A DNA stretch of 62,037 nucleotides from a virus (IMGVR_UViG_3300021475_000012:1-62037); one strand, 5' to 3'. Shown: positions 8,876 through 18,735, numbered from the stretch's first letter. The notes: generated by a model from the letters alone, not told the origin. Numbers and translations are program-made.

Positions 8876-9251
8876 ACATGGTCCCAAGAACAGTCTCCGG
8901 CACTTCCGCCAGACCTACCACTGAGAGATTGCTCAATACCAGGGAGATTGGTTCGCCCAGACGCTGGCCATCTCCATAGGCAATGACTTCCACTCGCTGG
9001 GAATAGTAGGAATCCTTGTCGCGCATGGCAATGCGTGCGTAGAAGGCCTGGGTAAAGATAGCGCGGCCCCGCTCATCGGGGAAGGCTATGTGATGCCCGC
9101 CAAGAGAGACCAGATAAAGCTTGGTGGTGACGGGGTTGGCAGTCTCTTCTTGGGCGCGGGTTACCCGCATCCGCTCCCGGCGTCCCAGGTCCCATTCGGC
9201 AAGGGCTTCATTAATCAAGAGCTTGATTTCTTCTTTATCGGCGTCTAACAT
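8862..9251 (-). CDS. Hypothetical protein
   Basis: ORF track; AGGAG SD. Confidence 0.7.
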   Translation of the reverse strand: MLDADKEEIKLLINEALAEWDLGRRERMRVTRAQEETANPVTTKLYLVSLGGHHIAFPDERGRAIFTQAFYARIAMRDKDSYYSQRVEVIAYGDGQRLGEPISLVLSNLSVVGLAEVPETVLGTMYEER

Positions 9252-9268
9252 TCACTTCTCCTTCACAC

Positions 9269-9532
9269 CTATGCCTCGTACTTGAATTTCCTAGGATCGT
9301 CGATGGCCTTCTCTGCATCCTTGGTCTCCTTGATCCACATGGCCTGCCTTGCATCGATACGGATGCTCTCCAGAAGCCCCAAGATGACATCGAGCATCAG
9401 GGTGGCGCGTTCCTCAGGGGTGCTAGTGACGGCAGTAAGACTGATTGTCTCCTGCACCCGGAAAAGGCAGACGTCTACGATCTGTTTGCGGATGGCATCC
9501 CGCCGGTCACTCTCACTATCGAATCCGGTCAT
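9269..9532 (-). CDS. Hypothetical protein
   Basis: ORF track. Confidence 0.65.
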   Translation of the reverse strand: MTGFDSESDRRDAIRKQIVDVCLFRVQETISLTAVTSTPEERATLMLDVILGLLESIRIDARQAMWIKETKDAEKAIDDPRKFKYEA

Positions 9533-9822
9533 ACTTCCCCCAGGAATTCGTAGATCTTAAAGCTTGCGCCGGTATCATCGGTGATTTGCTCCATATCGGG
9601 GCCGGTGCGGAAAGCAATGAAGTGAAGATTGATTACAGGCATATCGAACATCACCAGCCGGGGCGTGACCTCCTCCACCCATACGCTGGTGAGATGAGAG
9701 CAGGTTCCCTTCTCCAGGACTACGACGGTTCCCGGCTTTAGCTCACTTACCTTGAGTTCACGGCCTATCTCTTGTTCGGGGCTCAATTGCGGCTCCTCCT
9801 TAGGTTGGGACGTGTATCCCAC
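9529..9822 (-). CDS. Hypothetical protein
   Basis: ORF track. Confidence 0.6.
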   Translation of the reverse strand: MGYTSQPKEEPQLSPEQEIGRELKVSELKPGTVVVLEKGTCSHLTSVWVEEVTPRLVMFDMPVINLHFIAFRTGPDMEQITDDTGASFKIYEFLGEV

Positions 9823-10064
9823 ATTTCCCGGATGATCTCAGAGTCTGAGATCGGAGACGGGGCAAGGTTCACTTCCTCCGGGGGCAGGGCCTTGAAACAG
9901 CGAAGGCAGAGGATGACAAACGAGGGGTTCGCCAACAAGGCCCGCTGGCCGGAAGGGGCTACCATCACGCGGGCTTGGCACTGGCTGCACTTGCGGTCGT
10001 AGCTGGAGCCAAGGACGCTCACCGCGTCATCGGCCATAGCGCAGACAAAGAATGTTTGGCTCAT
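9783..10064 (-). CDS. Hypothetical Zn-binding protein (CSQC...CLRC)
   Basis: ORF track, ATGA overlap. Confidence 0.65.
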   Translation of the reverse strand: MSQTFFVCAMADDAVSVLGSSYDRKCSQCQARVMVAPSGQRALLANPSFVILCLRCFKALPPEEVNLAPSPISDSEIIREMWDTRPNLRRSRN

Positions 10065-10489
10065 TGGTGTGAATTCTCCAGGGACTCGTGACTGAGATCG
10101 ATGTAGAAGGTCTCTCCTTTGCCAGGGTATAAGAACTTGATGTACTCGCTGAGAGCGACAAGCGCGATGGATTGGTAGGTCTGCCTGCTCTCAAAGGCAA
10201 ACCAGCGGAGAAGGCCGGAGATCTCTTTGTCGAGAATGACTTTCTCAGCGGTGCAGGGAGGGGCCAGCTTCTTGAGGGAGACCGTGGAGAGATGAGCCAC
10301 GATCTCCTTCTGCTTATGCTTGTTGGCCTTCTCGTAGTCCAGGATCAGCTTGTAGATGGCATCCCGCAGGATGGGTTGCTTCTTAAGCCGCGTGTGATAG
10401 GAGATCTCGCGCAGGCGCTCTCTCAGTTTATTGTCCAACCGGACGGTGATGACGTGCCGTTTTTCCTCCGAAGACTTTGTCTGTGGCAC
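10061..10489 (-). CDS. Tandem ribbon-helix-helix DNA-binding protein
   Basis: ITVRLDNKLRERLREIS...KQPILRDAI and a second VILDKEISGLLR...YQSIALVALSEYI unit. Confidence 0.6.
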   Translation of the reverse strand: MPQTKSSEEKRHVITVRLDNKLRERLREISYHTRLKKQPILRDAIYKLILDYEKANKHKQKEIVAHLSTVSLKKLAPPCTAEKVILDKEISGLLRWFAFESRQTYQSIALVALSEYIKFLYPGKGETFYIDLSHESLENSHQ

Positions 10490-10511
10490 TTCACGCTCCT
10501 TTCAAGGGTTC

Positions 10512-10913
10512 TTACGATGCAATCGAAGCGACTTTGCTGCGCGAGTGGGCAAGAAGACGCATACAGCGGTCGGTGAGTTCGCCTTCATGCTGGCGCTCGT
10601 TCAAAGAGGCTTCGTTGTACGTGCGGAGTTCTTCCTCGCCGGATTTGGTGAGGACGACTTCGGCTTTCTCGCCGGTTCCCTTCTTGACGATCCAGCCGTT
10701 GTAAGCGATAGAGCCAAGAGTATTGGCGTGAGCGTTACGCAGGTACTCGATGGTGACGTGGTTCTGAGCAATGAAGCGCAAGGTGCCGTACTGGTGACGG
10801 CTGAGATTGCGCAAGGGATTCTTCATCATTTCTGACATTCGTTGAGGTTCTCCTTTGTTGATCGATTGAATTCGGTTCTTCATCTGTCGGACGGTCATGG
10901 TTCGAGTCTTCAT
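10512..10913 (-). CDS. Hypothetical protein (possible wHTH)
   Basis: ORF track; GWI...VVLTKSGEE. Confidence 0.6.
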   Translation of the reverse strand: MKTRTMTVRQMKNRIQSINKGEPQRMSEMMKNPLRNLSRHQYGTLRFIAQNHVTIEYLRNAHANTLGSIAYNGWIVKKGTGEKAEVVLTKSGEEELRTYNEASLNERQHEGELTDRCMRLLAHSRSKVASIAS

Positions 10914-11569
10914 CGAACACCTCGCTGCATGCGCCGGAGGTCATCGATGAAGTTGGTGAGTTGGTCGCGCTTTACTTCCATGGCGAGGATGGCGTCGTCC
11001 AAGGTCACGGGGACGGGAGGGTGAAGAGGTTGAGGTATGAAGGTAGCGCCACCATTCACCGGGGGAGCAGTAAAGGGATGAGCAAGCTTGCGAGATTTAA
11101 GCTCACGAGATTGCCTGCGAGAGATCACTCCAGCCCTGATCTTCATCTCGTGAATCTGTTGATGGTTCAAGCCGTGTTGCTTGAGCCAGTCGCCTTTACT
11201 GGCCTTTGCGCCTTTACCTTGCCAGTCGCTATTAAGCTGCATGTACTCGTTGACCAGTTCAAGAAGTTCCGGCCCTTCCAGCGTGGTGTAAGCTCCGGGA
11301 GATTTCTTAGGTCTGACATAATTCACCGGCTCTAAGCGAACTGCGAGAGCCACGCTGGGTTTATTAGGGTCGAAGTGAGGATGCTCTTCCAGGTAGCGCC
11401 GCCGCATCTGGTAGAACCAGCCATCGGAGACCTTCTTCTCGTCAGTGAGGAAGGTCTTAATCTTTTTGCCGTCTTGATGAACTTGTGCCACCTCGCGGAT
11501 CAGCTGCTCTTTCTCCTGATCGCTCCAAATACGGCGGCGGGGAGTCTTGTCGAATCGTTTTTTGGGCAT
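10910..11569 (-). CDS. HTH-containing DNA-binding protein
   Basis: RRIWSDQEKEQLIREV...VSDGWFYQMRR. Confidence 0.6.
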   Translation of the reverse strand: MPKKRFDKTPRRRIWSDQEKEQLIREVAQVHQDGKKIKTFLTDEKKVSDGWFYQMRRRYLEEHPHFDPNKPSVALAVRLEPVNYVRPKKSPGAYTTLEGPELLELVNEYMQLNSDWQGKGAKASKGDWLKQHGLNHQQIHEMKIRAGVISRRQSRELKSRKLAHPFTAPPVNGGATFIPQPLHPPVPVTLDDAILAMEVKRDQLTNFIDDLRRMQRGVR

Positions 11570-11642
11570 GCTTTGCCTTCTGGTTTAAATTAAACTGCTT
11601 AGCTGGGAATGTATCAGATCAACTCAGAAAGGACAAGACCCC

Positions 11643-12356
11643 CTAGGTAGCATCGGAGTAAGCGGGAAGCAACTGCTGAAATCGAATGACGTCTTTCTGT
11701 AACACTTCAGCCGATAAGCCCTTCTCGTTCTCAAAGAGAAGGGGCAGGCCGCTCTCGACGCTCTTGTCAATTTCGGCGCGGGTGGCGGGCCGTCCCTGGG
11801 ACCAGAAGCTCACGGCTTCGGGATCGCCCAGGTGCAGTAAGGTGCCGCCCCGGCCATCGCTAAATAGCTCATAATCCCGGCAAACCCAGACTAAAGAGAC
11901 GCCGGGATTGCGATCCAGGTGGATGCCGGGAGGTTGCAGGGCACCGGGATACTCAGCGACGATATCTCCCCGGCGCGTCATGTCGGGGCGCGAGAGGAAG
12001 GGGCAGTTTTTGGCACTCCACAAAGCGCAGTCCAGGTGGCAGGCGGGCTCTGAACTAACCCGTGTTATTCCGCACATAGGGCCGATGACAAATGCTAAAT
12101 GGGAACCCAGGCGCTCCCCGCAGACCCAGCAGACCTTACGCCGCAGTGCGAAGTTGCGTTTCGGGGCTTCGATGGCGCGGAACTCCGGCTCCAGTTCTCC
12201 GGTCTCGTTGGGCTCCCAGGCAACGAACCAGGGGACGGGGTAGCCGCGATGCACCGGAAGGCTCTTCATGCGCTCCGGGAGGGGCCCCAGTTCGGGCCGG
12301 AGGGCTGGGTTAGTTGGCGCGGACATAACTTGTCTCCTTTTTTGATCGGTATTCAT
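11643..12356 (-). CDS. Conserved-looking Cys-rich phage protein
   Basis: RGYPVPWFV, CWVCG, GPMC, EPACHLDCA, CPFL motifs. Confidence 0.7.
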   Translation of the reverse strand: MNTDQKRRQVMSAPTNPALRPELGPLPERMKSLPVHRGYPVPWFVAWEPNETGELEPEFRAIEAPKRNFALRRKVCWVCGERLGSHLAFVIGPMCGITRVSSEPACHLDCALWSAKNCPFLSRPDMTRRGDIVAEYPGALQPPGIHLDRNPGVSLVWVCRDYELFSDGRGGTLLHLGDPEAVSFWSQGRPATRAEIDKSVESGLPLLFENEKGLSAEVLQKDVIRFQQLLPAYSDAT

Positions 12357-12583
12357 GGCTTGGCGTAATCTGCGGCTACCTTACGGCCTTTGTGGCCTTT
12401 GCGGATACAGTCATCTGAGATACAACTACCTTTCTCGTCTACCAGAATGAAACCGCAGCCCTCACAAATGCAGGGGTAGCCGTGGTCAGGCTCCAAAGGC
12501 GGCTGGCCCCTACCAAAGTGATCGAGATCCGATTGGTCTTCCTGGAAGTCTTCCCAGGAACACTGGCGGCAGAACTCAGCCAT
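12353..12583 (-). CDS. Small Cys-rich protein (MAEFCRQC...CEGCG...C)
   Basis: ORF track. Confidence 0.7.
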   Translation of the reverse strand: MAEFCRQCSWEDFQEDQSDLDHFGRGQPPLEPDHGYPCICEGCGFILVDEKGSCISDDCIRKGHKGRKVAADYAKP

Positions 12584-13053
12584 TAGACGAGCACCGGCTC
12601 TTCTTCCGCTTCGCGCAACAGGGCGTCGATGGCTTCAAGGTCCGCAGGCGCGGGAACCGGAGCCTGGAGTGTTGCGCGGGGCGAGCGAGAGCGAGCCTTG
12701 CCGCGCAAACTGGATTCCTTCGACTTGGGCTCCTCCACTTTCTCCTGGGCAGGCTTGCGGCGCAACATGGACTGCAGGTGCTTCGCTGCTACCTGACGGT
12801 CCTTGCCAGTGGCCCCGAAAGTCATGCCGAAGAGCAAGCGGCCCTCCTGGAGGGGGATGCCCATGGCGCGGGAGACATAGGCCATAGGGCCCATTTCCTC
12901 CAGTTCAGATTCCTCAAGTTTGCCTTCCTGCTTGAGGACCATGAGGCAGTGGCCCGCGATACAGGTGTCCCAGCGGGTCATGTCGAAAGGCTTGGCGGGG
13001 TCCAGGATACTGGCCTGGGTACGCTTAATGAGAGGGCGGTTCATCGATGGCAT
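12583..13053 (-). CDS. Hypothetical protein
   Basis: ORF track; start moved to ATG 13053 after GGAGG. Confidence 0.6.
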   Translation of the reverse strand: MPSMNRPLIKRTQASILDPAKPFDMTRWDTCIAGHCLMVLKQEGKLEESELEEMGPMAYVSRAMGIPLQEGRLLFGMTFGATGKDRQVAAKHLQSMLRRKPAQEKVEEPKSKESSLRGKARSRSPRATLQAPVPAPADLEAIDALLREAEEEPVLV

Positions 13054-13106
13054 TCCTCCATAGGAGTAATTCTGCGGCAGAAATGCGGGAAGCGCAACTG
13101 AGTAAC

Positions 13107-15269
13107 TTAGAGGTAAGCGCCCATGTTCCACAAGGTGGCCTGGATTCCAAGGTTGATCGCGGAGGTCCAGACGGTGGTGGGGAGCAGGGCTTGGCGGTAG
13201 GAGTTGCCCATGTTCACGCCGGTTCCCTTGGCCGGGGAAGTGGGCTGCAGGGATAGGTCCGGGGTGATGGTGGAGGTGAATAAGGGATCGGCGGTGATGC
13301 CGTTCAGCATCAGGCCAGCGGCCTGCACCTGGGCCAGGGTCATGGAGGTGGAAGTCCCGGCCTGATACATGACCTGGGTGCCGTTGGGGACGACGTCGCA
13401 GTAGTCGAAGGTGGAGAAGACGGTCTTGGCGGTGCGGACCTGGACGGGGTGGGTCCAGACCCCGGCAATGATGTTGTTAATCAGGTTGATATTGCCCACG
13501 TTGGTGTCGAGCGACTGGATGCCGAAGCCCTGGGAAGAGGTCCCGGTGCCGTTATAGATGGTGTTGCCGATGATCGTAATACCCTGGGTGTCCCAGACCG
13601 GGATGCCTACATTGACGCTGTAGATCACGTTGTAAGTGATGTAAAGGTTGCTGTTCTGAGTCTGGAAGGTGCCGTAACTGATGGCGTCGATCCCGCCCAT
13701 CACGCAATCGTGGATGCAGTTGTAAGAAGCGATGCAGTTCAGAGTGTTCTCATGGGTGATGCCGATTCCGGCGCAGTTATAGATCAGATTGCCGTAGGTC
13801 TGGCCGTTGGGGATCTGGATGTTCGCGCCGTCCAGGTTGATGCCCATGCCCTGGTTATCGGTGCCCGCAATAATATCGTGAACCGTGTTGTAGCGGCTCC
13901 ACGCCGCGCTGGCACCGTTCAGAATCCAGATGCCGCGATCCGCGAAATGGGACACCGTGTTCAGTTCGATTAAGGCGTTGGTGTTCAGCTGGCCGCGAAT
14001 GATGATGCCGCCCAGGGGAGGGTTCGAGTTGGCGGTCCCGTCGAGCACGTTGTTGTGGACGGTGGTGTTCGGGCCGGAGAGATAGAAGGCTGCGTTGCTG
14101 GCGCAGTTCTGGATGGTCCAGTTCGGGACGGCGAGAAGGTCTGCGGCCCAGTAGTTGTGGTAGATCGTGGCCAGGGTGTTGATGCCAGAGATGGTGCCAG
14201 AAGCGCGGAGGTCCAGGCTATCGATAGTCCAGAAGCCCATGTTGGGGGCGGTGACGGTGATCGCGGGGTTGTTGGGGGCTGCGGAGATGATCGGCTTCGC
14301 GCCGGAGCCGTAAGCGGAGAGGGTAATCTGGCCGGTAGAGTCCCCGCCGATGTGGACGGTGAGAGTGGTATTCAGCCAGGAGTCCCCGCGATTCAAGAGG
14401 ATGCTATCGCCGGGGATCAGGGGAATGGCGGCGGGGATGCCGGTAGCGCTATTCATGCCGGGGGCGTGGGCCCAGCTGTGCGCGGAGTCCAGGCCGGTGT
14501 TGGCGTCACTCCCGGCGTTACTGACATAGAACTGGGTCGGGGCGCGGCTTCCGCTGGAGGTGGTGCGCTTCAGGGCTAACAGGTAGGCAAGCCAAGTCTG
14601 GGAACTCGAATAAGAAGCGGTGGCGGCATAGGGGCCAACGGCGGTTACGTTGCGATCCTCCAGGCCGCGATGGGAGGTAGAGGCGTTGTTCACCTCCAGG
14701 ACATAGCCCGCGCCGGGGCTCAGGGTGCCGCCGCCGGAAGAGGTCACAAAGAGACCGCCCACCAGGAGATCGTTCGCATTGGTGGTGGTGAGATTGCCGC
14801 TGTTGAGGGCCGCGCTTACTGCGTTGGCGGCGACTTCTCCATCGATCACCGCAGAGGTGGCCAAGCCCTGGTATTCGGCAAAGATCACGATGGAATTGAT
14901 CGCTGCGGAGAAAGTGACGGTTACGCCGGTCCCGGCGGCACCCGTGATCTGGGCGGTATAGCACCAGATAAGACGGGTTGCGCCCGTGATGGGGGAAAGA
15001 GGGGTAGGGGTCAGGGTGCCCGAAGTGCCGCCGTTCCAGGCAATGTTGGTGATGGTGGTGCTGGCGTCAGTGGCGTTGAAGATCAGCAGGACGAGCAGGT
15101 TGCCGGGGGTGACATGGGTGGTGAAGGCTTGTGAGTTGGTGGTCGAGCCGCCGGAGCCGCCAGAGGTGCCGGATTGAACGGGGGGAGCGCCGGAGGGGGC
15201 GACAACCACTGACCCGGAGGAAAGGCCGGGACCGAAGCCGGGAACGAACCCCCACCCGTAGAAAGGCAT
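13107..15269 (-). CDS. Right-handed beta-helix (pectin lyase-like) protein, putative depolymerase/tailspike
   Basis: FYVSNAGSDANTG...PGDSILLNRGDSW cap, Asn-ladder PbH1-like repeats, ADPLF...LQPTSPA end. Confidence 0.75.
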   Translation of the reverse strand: MPFYGWGFVPGFGPGLSSGSVVVAPSGAPPVQSGTSGGSGGSTTNSQAFTTHVTPGNLLVLLIFNATDASTTITNIAWNGGTSGTLTPTPLSPITGATRLIWCYTAQITGAAGTGVTVTFSAAINSIVIFAEYQGLATSAVIDGEVAANAVSAALNSGNLTTTNANDLLVGGLFVTSSGGGTLSPGAGYVLEVNNASTSHRGLEDRNVTAVGPYAATASYSSSQTWLAYLLALKRTTSSGSRAPTQFYVSNAGSDANTGLDSAHSWAHAPGMNSATGIPAAIPLIPGDSILLNRGDSWLNTTLTVHIGGDSTGQITLSAYGSGAKPIISAAPNNPAITVTAPNMGFWTIDSLDLRASGTISGINTLATIYHNYWAADLLAVPNWTIQNCASNAAFYLSGPNTTVHNNVLDGTANSNPPLGGIIIRGQLNTNALIELNTVSHFADRGIWILNGASAAWSRYNTVHDIIAGTDNQGMGINLDGANIQIPNGQTYGNLIYNCAGIGITHENTLNCIASYNCIHDCVMGGIDAISYGTFQTQNSNLYITYNVIYSVNVGIPVWDTQGITIIGNTIYNGTGTSSQGFGIQSLDTNVGNINLINNIIAGVWTHPVQVRTAKTVFSTFDYCDVVPNGTQVMYQAGTSTSMTLAQVQAAGLMLNGITADPLFTSTITPDLSLQPTSPAKGTGVNMGNSYRQALLPTTVWTSAINLGIQATLWNMGAYL

Positions 15270-15550
15270 TAGTGTGTGCCGTAAACCGCAGAGACTTTAT
15301 CGGTGGTGGTGCCGTAGACATAGACGATGGCTAAGTTGAGGTATTGGTCGTCACCGATGGGCGGAAACATCATCCCGCTCCCTGGGGGGATCGCCAGACC
15401 CGAAGCCGCGCCGGTCGTCGAGTCGCCAATGCGGATGGCGGCGGCATTGCCAACGGGGCAGATGACTTGCAGCCAGTTACAGGGAACGCGGGCCGGGGCG
15501 AGAGGCACCGCAACCCCGGCAGGAGTCACATCGGGTATGTTGTGAATCAT
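15269..15550 (-). CDS. Small beta-rich virion-type protein
   Basis: ORF track; coupled to the beta-helix gene. Confidence 0.65.
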   Translation of the reverse strand: MIHNIPDVTPAGVAVPLAPARVPCNWLQVICPVGNAAAIRIGDSTTGAASGLAIPPGSGMMFPPIGDDQYLNLAIVYVYGTTTDKVSAVYGTH

Positions 15551-15891
15551 ACGCCAATTGTAAGAAAAGAAGGGTCTAAGGTAAGCTGATTCTGATGGAA
15601 GCAGTCGGATTTGGAAGGAAGCTTGCGGGGACCGCGAAACAGGCTACTCCCCAGCAACCCTGGTTCGAGATCCCCTCCAGAAAGCCAAGTAACTTACCCA
15701 ACAGTATAACATGGGCGTTTCCCGCCTTTGTTTCATCACCGAAGACACCTTCGCGCCAGCTAAGTGCCAGTCGCGAGTTTTTGCGGCGTACCGGGGTCTC
15801 CCCGGTCACCATACGGCGGGCTCATCCAGATTAGCTCAAAATAAAGGTCGAAAAAGCGCATTTTCGGAGTTTCAGACTTACTTATTGTTGT

Positions 15892-16275
15892 TTAAGCTTC
15901 GGAACCCTCAGAAACAGCTACGCGGGGCTCCTGGCGGGGCTTCGGCTTGGATTTTCGGGCTGCAGGAGCGGCTTTTGCCTTCTCGCGGGCCCTTTGCTCC
16001 CGGTGGTGGCGCTTCCAGCGCAATCGCTGCGCATCCGCGATCCTTTGCCGCGCCGATTTGGAGAGTTGGTGATGCTTGGCGGGTTTGGGGAGGGGTTTGG
16101 TGTCTGGAGAGAGGGAAGAGCGGCGAACGGAGCGGTAACCATCCCCCGCAGCTGCGATTTGACCCTTCAACTCGTTGATTTTCTCTGTTACAGTCCGGTG
16201 ACGAGCTTCCAAACCGGCGTAAATCAGTTCCAGGGCCTCTAGCGCGGAAAACCCTGTGATATGTAGTGTCAACAT
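15892..16275 (-). CDS. Basic nucleoid-associated/histone-like protein
   Basis: Coiled coil then LSKSARQRIADAQRLRWK and a K/R-rich tail; TATAAT 7 nt before ATG 16275. Confidence 0.6.
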   Translation of the reverse strand: MLTLHITGFSALEALELIYAGLEARHRTVTEKINELKGQIAAAGDGYRSVRRSSLSPDTKPLPKPAKHHQLSKSARQRIADAQRLRWKRHHREQRAREKAKAAPAARKSKPKPRQEPRVAVSEGSEA

Positions 16276-16299
16276 GGTGAACATTATAGCCCTAAGTGG

Positions 16300-16662
16300 T
16301 TACTGGGCTCCAGAATCCGATTTAAGACAAGCTAGGACGTGGTTATGGCCGGTTAGAGCCTGTTCCCAGGTGGTATAGCGGGCAAGGATCTCGCAGCCCT
16401 CGATCTTGCGAAAGAAAGCGGTTTCAAAGAGCAGCGGCGGATGCTGTTTCACCGGTAGATTCATCGCCAGGGCGTGATGGTTGTGATCCATGCCAAGGAA
16501 GATGGTCGAGAGCCGCCAGCCAGGGCCCTCGTCTTCGGCTATGTGCCGTTCGCTCCCCAGGATCTGGCTGAACATCATCGCGCATTCCTGGTAACTGCCG
16601 GTGCAAGGGACGGCAACGTGGCCCTCCAGCCGGTAGAACCGGGGGCGCTTGTGTTTTCCCAT
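16300..16662 (-). CDS. Hypothetical phage protein
   Basis: STIFLGMDH...PLLFETAFF...RYTTWEQALTGH. Confidence 0.7.
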   Translation of the reverse strand: MGKHKRPRFYRLEGHVAVPCTGSYQECAMMFSQILGSERHIAEDEGPGWRLSTIFLGMDHNHHALAMNLPVKQHPPLLFETAFFRKIEGCEILARYTTWEQALTGHNHVLACLKSDSGAQ

Positions 16663-16685
16663 GAGGAGAAGTCTACAATATTCCC

Positions 16686-17618
16686 ATGCCGAAGTTGATC
16701 GATGATATCCGGCGCAAGAACGCCAGGATCAAGATGCCGTTCATTGTGGCCGAAGAGATGGAACTCTACTGGGCGCGGCAAATGAGAGCGGTGGTGGACC
16801 TGCTGCGCGATCCGCAGCTGCCGGTGCTGGTGATCGACAACGTGGCTGAGTACTTCTATGCGGGAACGGACCAGGAGTTCTGGGATCTGAAGCGCGACTT
16901 CCCGAATCTCGCGCCGCCGTTCCCGCAGTTCTGGTGCGAGTACCGGATGGCGAAGAAGATCAGTTCCAAGCTATGCGGAGATACCGACTTCACGCAAATC
17001 ATGCCGCTGGGGGGCAGGGTGGGCCAGCTGATTACCACACTCGATCCCAAGGAGATTACAGCGGTACAAGTCCCGGAGAACACTAAGTGGGGGCTCTGGG
17101 CTGAGATCTTCATCGACTTCAGCGAGGATGAAATCACCTGTACCGGCCCGCACGGCTCGATGCTCATCTTGGTCGACGCCGAAGGCCGGATCACCGGCCA
17201 CCCGCAGATTCAGAACCTGGGCGGCAAGGACGTCGAGCCGGTGGCGCAGAGCCTGCTTTCCTGGCTGCATCCGGCGCTTCTGACGATCAGTTTCCTGCAC
17301 TGCAAGAATGTCCAGGTGGTGGAGAATCCGGTGCCGCCCAAGCTCCAGAAGAGATACCGCGAGAGGCATCCGGGAGACCAGCTGGCACCGCATAAGACGC
17401 TGGTGATCGAGCCGCTCAAGCAGATACTGAGAACCCAGGGAGGAAGCGGGCAGGTAGGATTGGCGAAGGCCATGCATATCTGCCGGGGGCACTTCAGGGA
17501 TTACCGGGAGGGCAAGGGGCTGTTCGGAAAGTACCACCAGTTAGTCTGGACCCCGGCGATTGTAAGAGGGACCAAGGGGAAGGAAGCGCCGCCCAGAGAG
17601 ATAGAGGTGAAGATATAA
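16686..17618 (+). CDS. Hypothetical phage protein with C-terminal HxxRGHF motif
   Basis: APPFPQFWCE, HICRGHFRDY. Confidence 0.75.
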   Translation: MPKLIDDIRRKNARIKMPFIVAEEMELYWARQMRAVVDLLRDPQLPVLVIDNVAEYFYAGTDQEFWDLKRDFPNLAPPFPQFWCEYRMAKKISSKLCGDTDFTQIMPLGGRVGQLITTLDPKEITAVQVPENTKWGLWAEIFIDFSEDEITCTGPHGSMLILVDAEGRITGHPQIQNLGGKDVEPVAQSLLSWLHPALLTISFLHCKNVQVVENPVPPKLQKRYRERHPGDQLAPHKTLVIEPLKQILRTQGGSGQVGLAKAMHICRGHFRDYREGKGLFGKYHQLVWTPAIVRGTKGKEAPPREIEVKI

Positions 17619-17830
17619 TGCCATTCTTAGACGACGTACAGGTACAGGAGTTACTTGCGCTGGCCTATCTGCACCGCGCCTGTAATGGCTGCGGGCAGGT
17701 TACCGCGATGGACTACTGCCGGAGTTGCGATGAGTTCTACTGGATTCACCAACCGGGGTGCCTGATGTTCGACCCGAAGCACTACGGGCACCGGCTCACG
17801 ATTGTGCCGTTTGTGGAGAGCAGGATATGA
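17618..17830 (+). CDS. Small Cys-rich protein
   Basis: ORF track. Confidence 0.6.
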   Translation: MPFLDDVQVQELLALAYLHRACNGCGQVTAMDYCRSCDEFYWIHQPGCLMFDPKHYGHRLTIVPFVESRI

Positions 17831-18033
17831 AGAAGCTACTGACTAAGGCAGATTTTGACGCTCTCGAATGTAATACGCCTAACTGTGACCACAACCAATG
17901 CGTGTGGTTTCTGCAGGCCCTCTGCTGCATGGACGAGGGCCTTGAGGTCCGCTACGACAAGGTTCTGGGGCACCTGATAGTCAGTTGCCACCGATGCGGA
18001 GATGAGGTGGTTAGGATTCAACCGGCGGGATAG
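17827..18033 (+). CDS. Small Cys-rich protein
   Basis: ATGA overlap; MKKLLTK... Confidence 0.55.
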   Translation: MKKLLTKADFDALECNTPNCDHNQCVWFLQALCCMDEGLEVRYDKVLGHLIVSCHRCGDEVVRIQPAG

Positions 18034-18079
18034 CTATGGCGACGATGGAAGATCTAGAAGACGTGATTTGGAAGCCGTC

Positions 18080-18328
18080 ATGACCTACGACAAAGACCTG
18101 AACCGGTGCTGTTCGATATTTCGCGTTTTGCTTATGGTCAACCTTACCTCAGGGGGGCTCAACCTCTACCAGCGAAACTGGTCGATTGGGTTGGCTCATG
18201 CGATTTGGGTTTTCTGCTGCTTCCAGATCTTACAAATCATCAAGTGCCAGCAGGAGACCCGCGACTATGCGCGTACCGTACAATCGGCAATCCAGCTTTG
18301 GATGGAAGGCAAGATCCAGAAGCCGTGA
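18080..18328 (+). CDS. Small membrane protein
   Basis: Two hydrophobic stretches. Confidence 0.5.
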   Translation: MTYDKDLNRCCSIFRVLLMVNLTSGGLNLYQRNWSIGLAHAIWVFCCFQILQIIKCQQETRDYARTVQSAIQLWMEGKIQKP

Positions 18329-18488
18329 AGTACTGGATCAGCTGCAACCGCTTCACCATCCAGGTGGAGACCGATGCGCGGGAGGTGATTGTGTGGGCCG
18401 CGCCGATTGCCCATAAGTTTCGCGGCCAGCCGCTGCTCAACCTGCTGAATTGGGCCAGGAAATTCGGCGGGTTATACTTCGAGAAGTT

Positions 18489-18725
18489 ATGATTGCCTTA
18501 AAAGCTATCTTCCGGGTTACCGCCGGGGTGATTCCCGGCACGTTGATTCCAGAACATACCAAGCAGTGGAACTACACCAGCGAGGACTACGAGAAGGATT
18601 GCGCGGCCAAGCTGGATGAGCCCACGATCTTCAGCACGCAGCTGGGCGAGGCGCACGAGTACGCCAAGCGGCTGAGCAATCCGGCGTACCTCAACTGGGT
18701 CAAGGTCGATTGGGTGTGGATATGA
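18489..18725 (+). CDS. Hypothetical protein
   Basis: ORF track, start adjusted. Confidence 0.55.
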   Translation: MIALKAIFRVTAGVIPGTLIPEHTKQWNYTSEDYEKDCAAKLDEPTIFSTQLGEAHEYAKRLSNPAYLNWVKVDWVWI

Positions 18726-18735
18726 GAGGCAAGGG

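Noticed and set aside
10910-11569. Transposase, from the IS3-like N-terminal HTH
   Set aside because: No DDE domain, terminal inverted repeats or target duplication
15640-15690. GGTTCGAGATCCC resembling a tRNA T-arm
   Set aside because: No acceptor stem, D-arm or anticodon arm could be built around it
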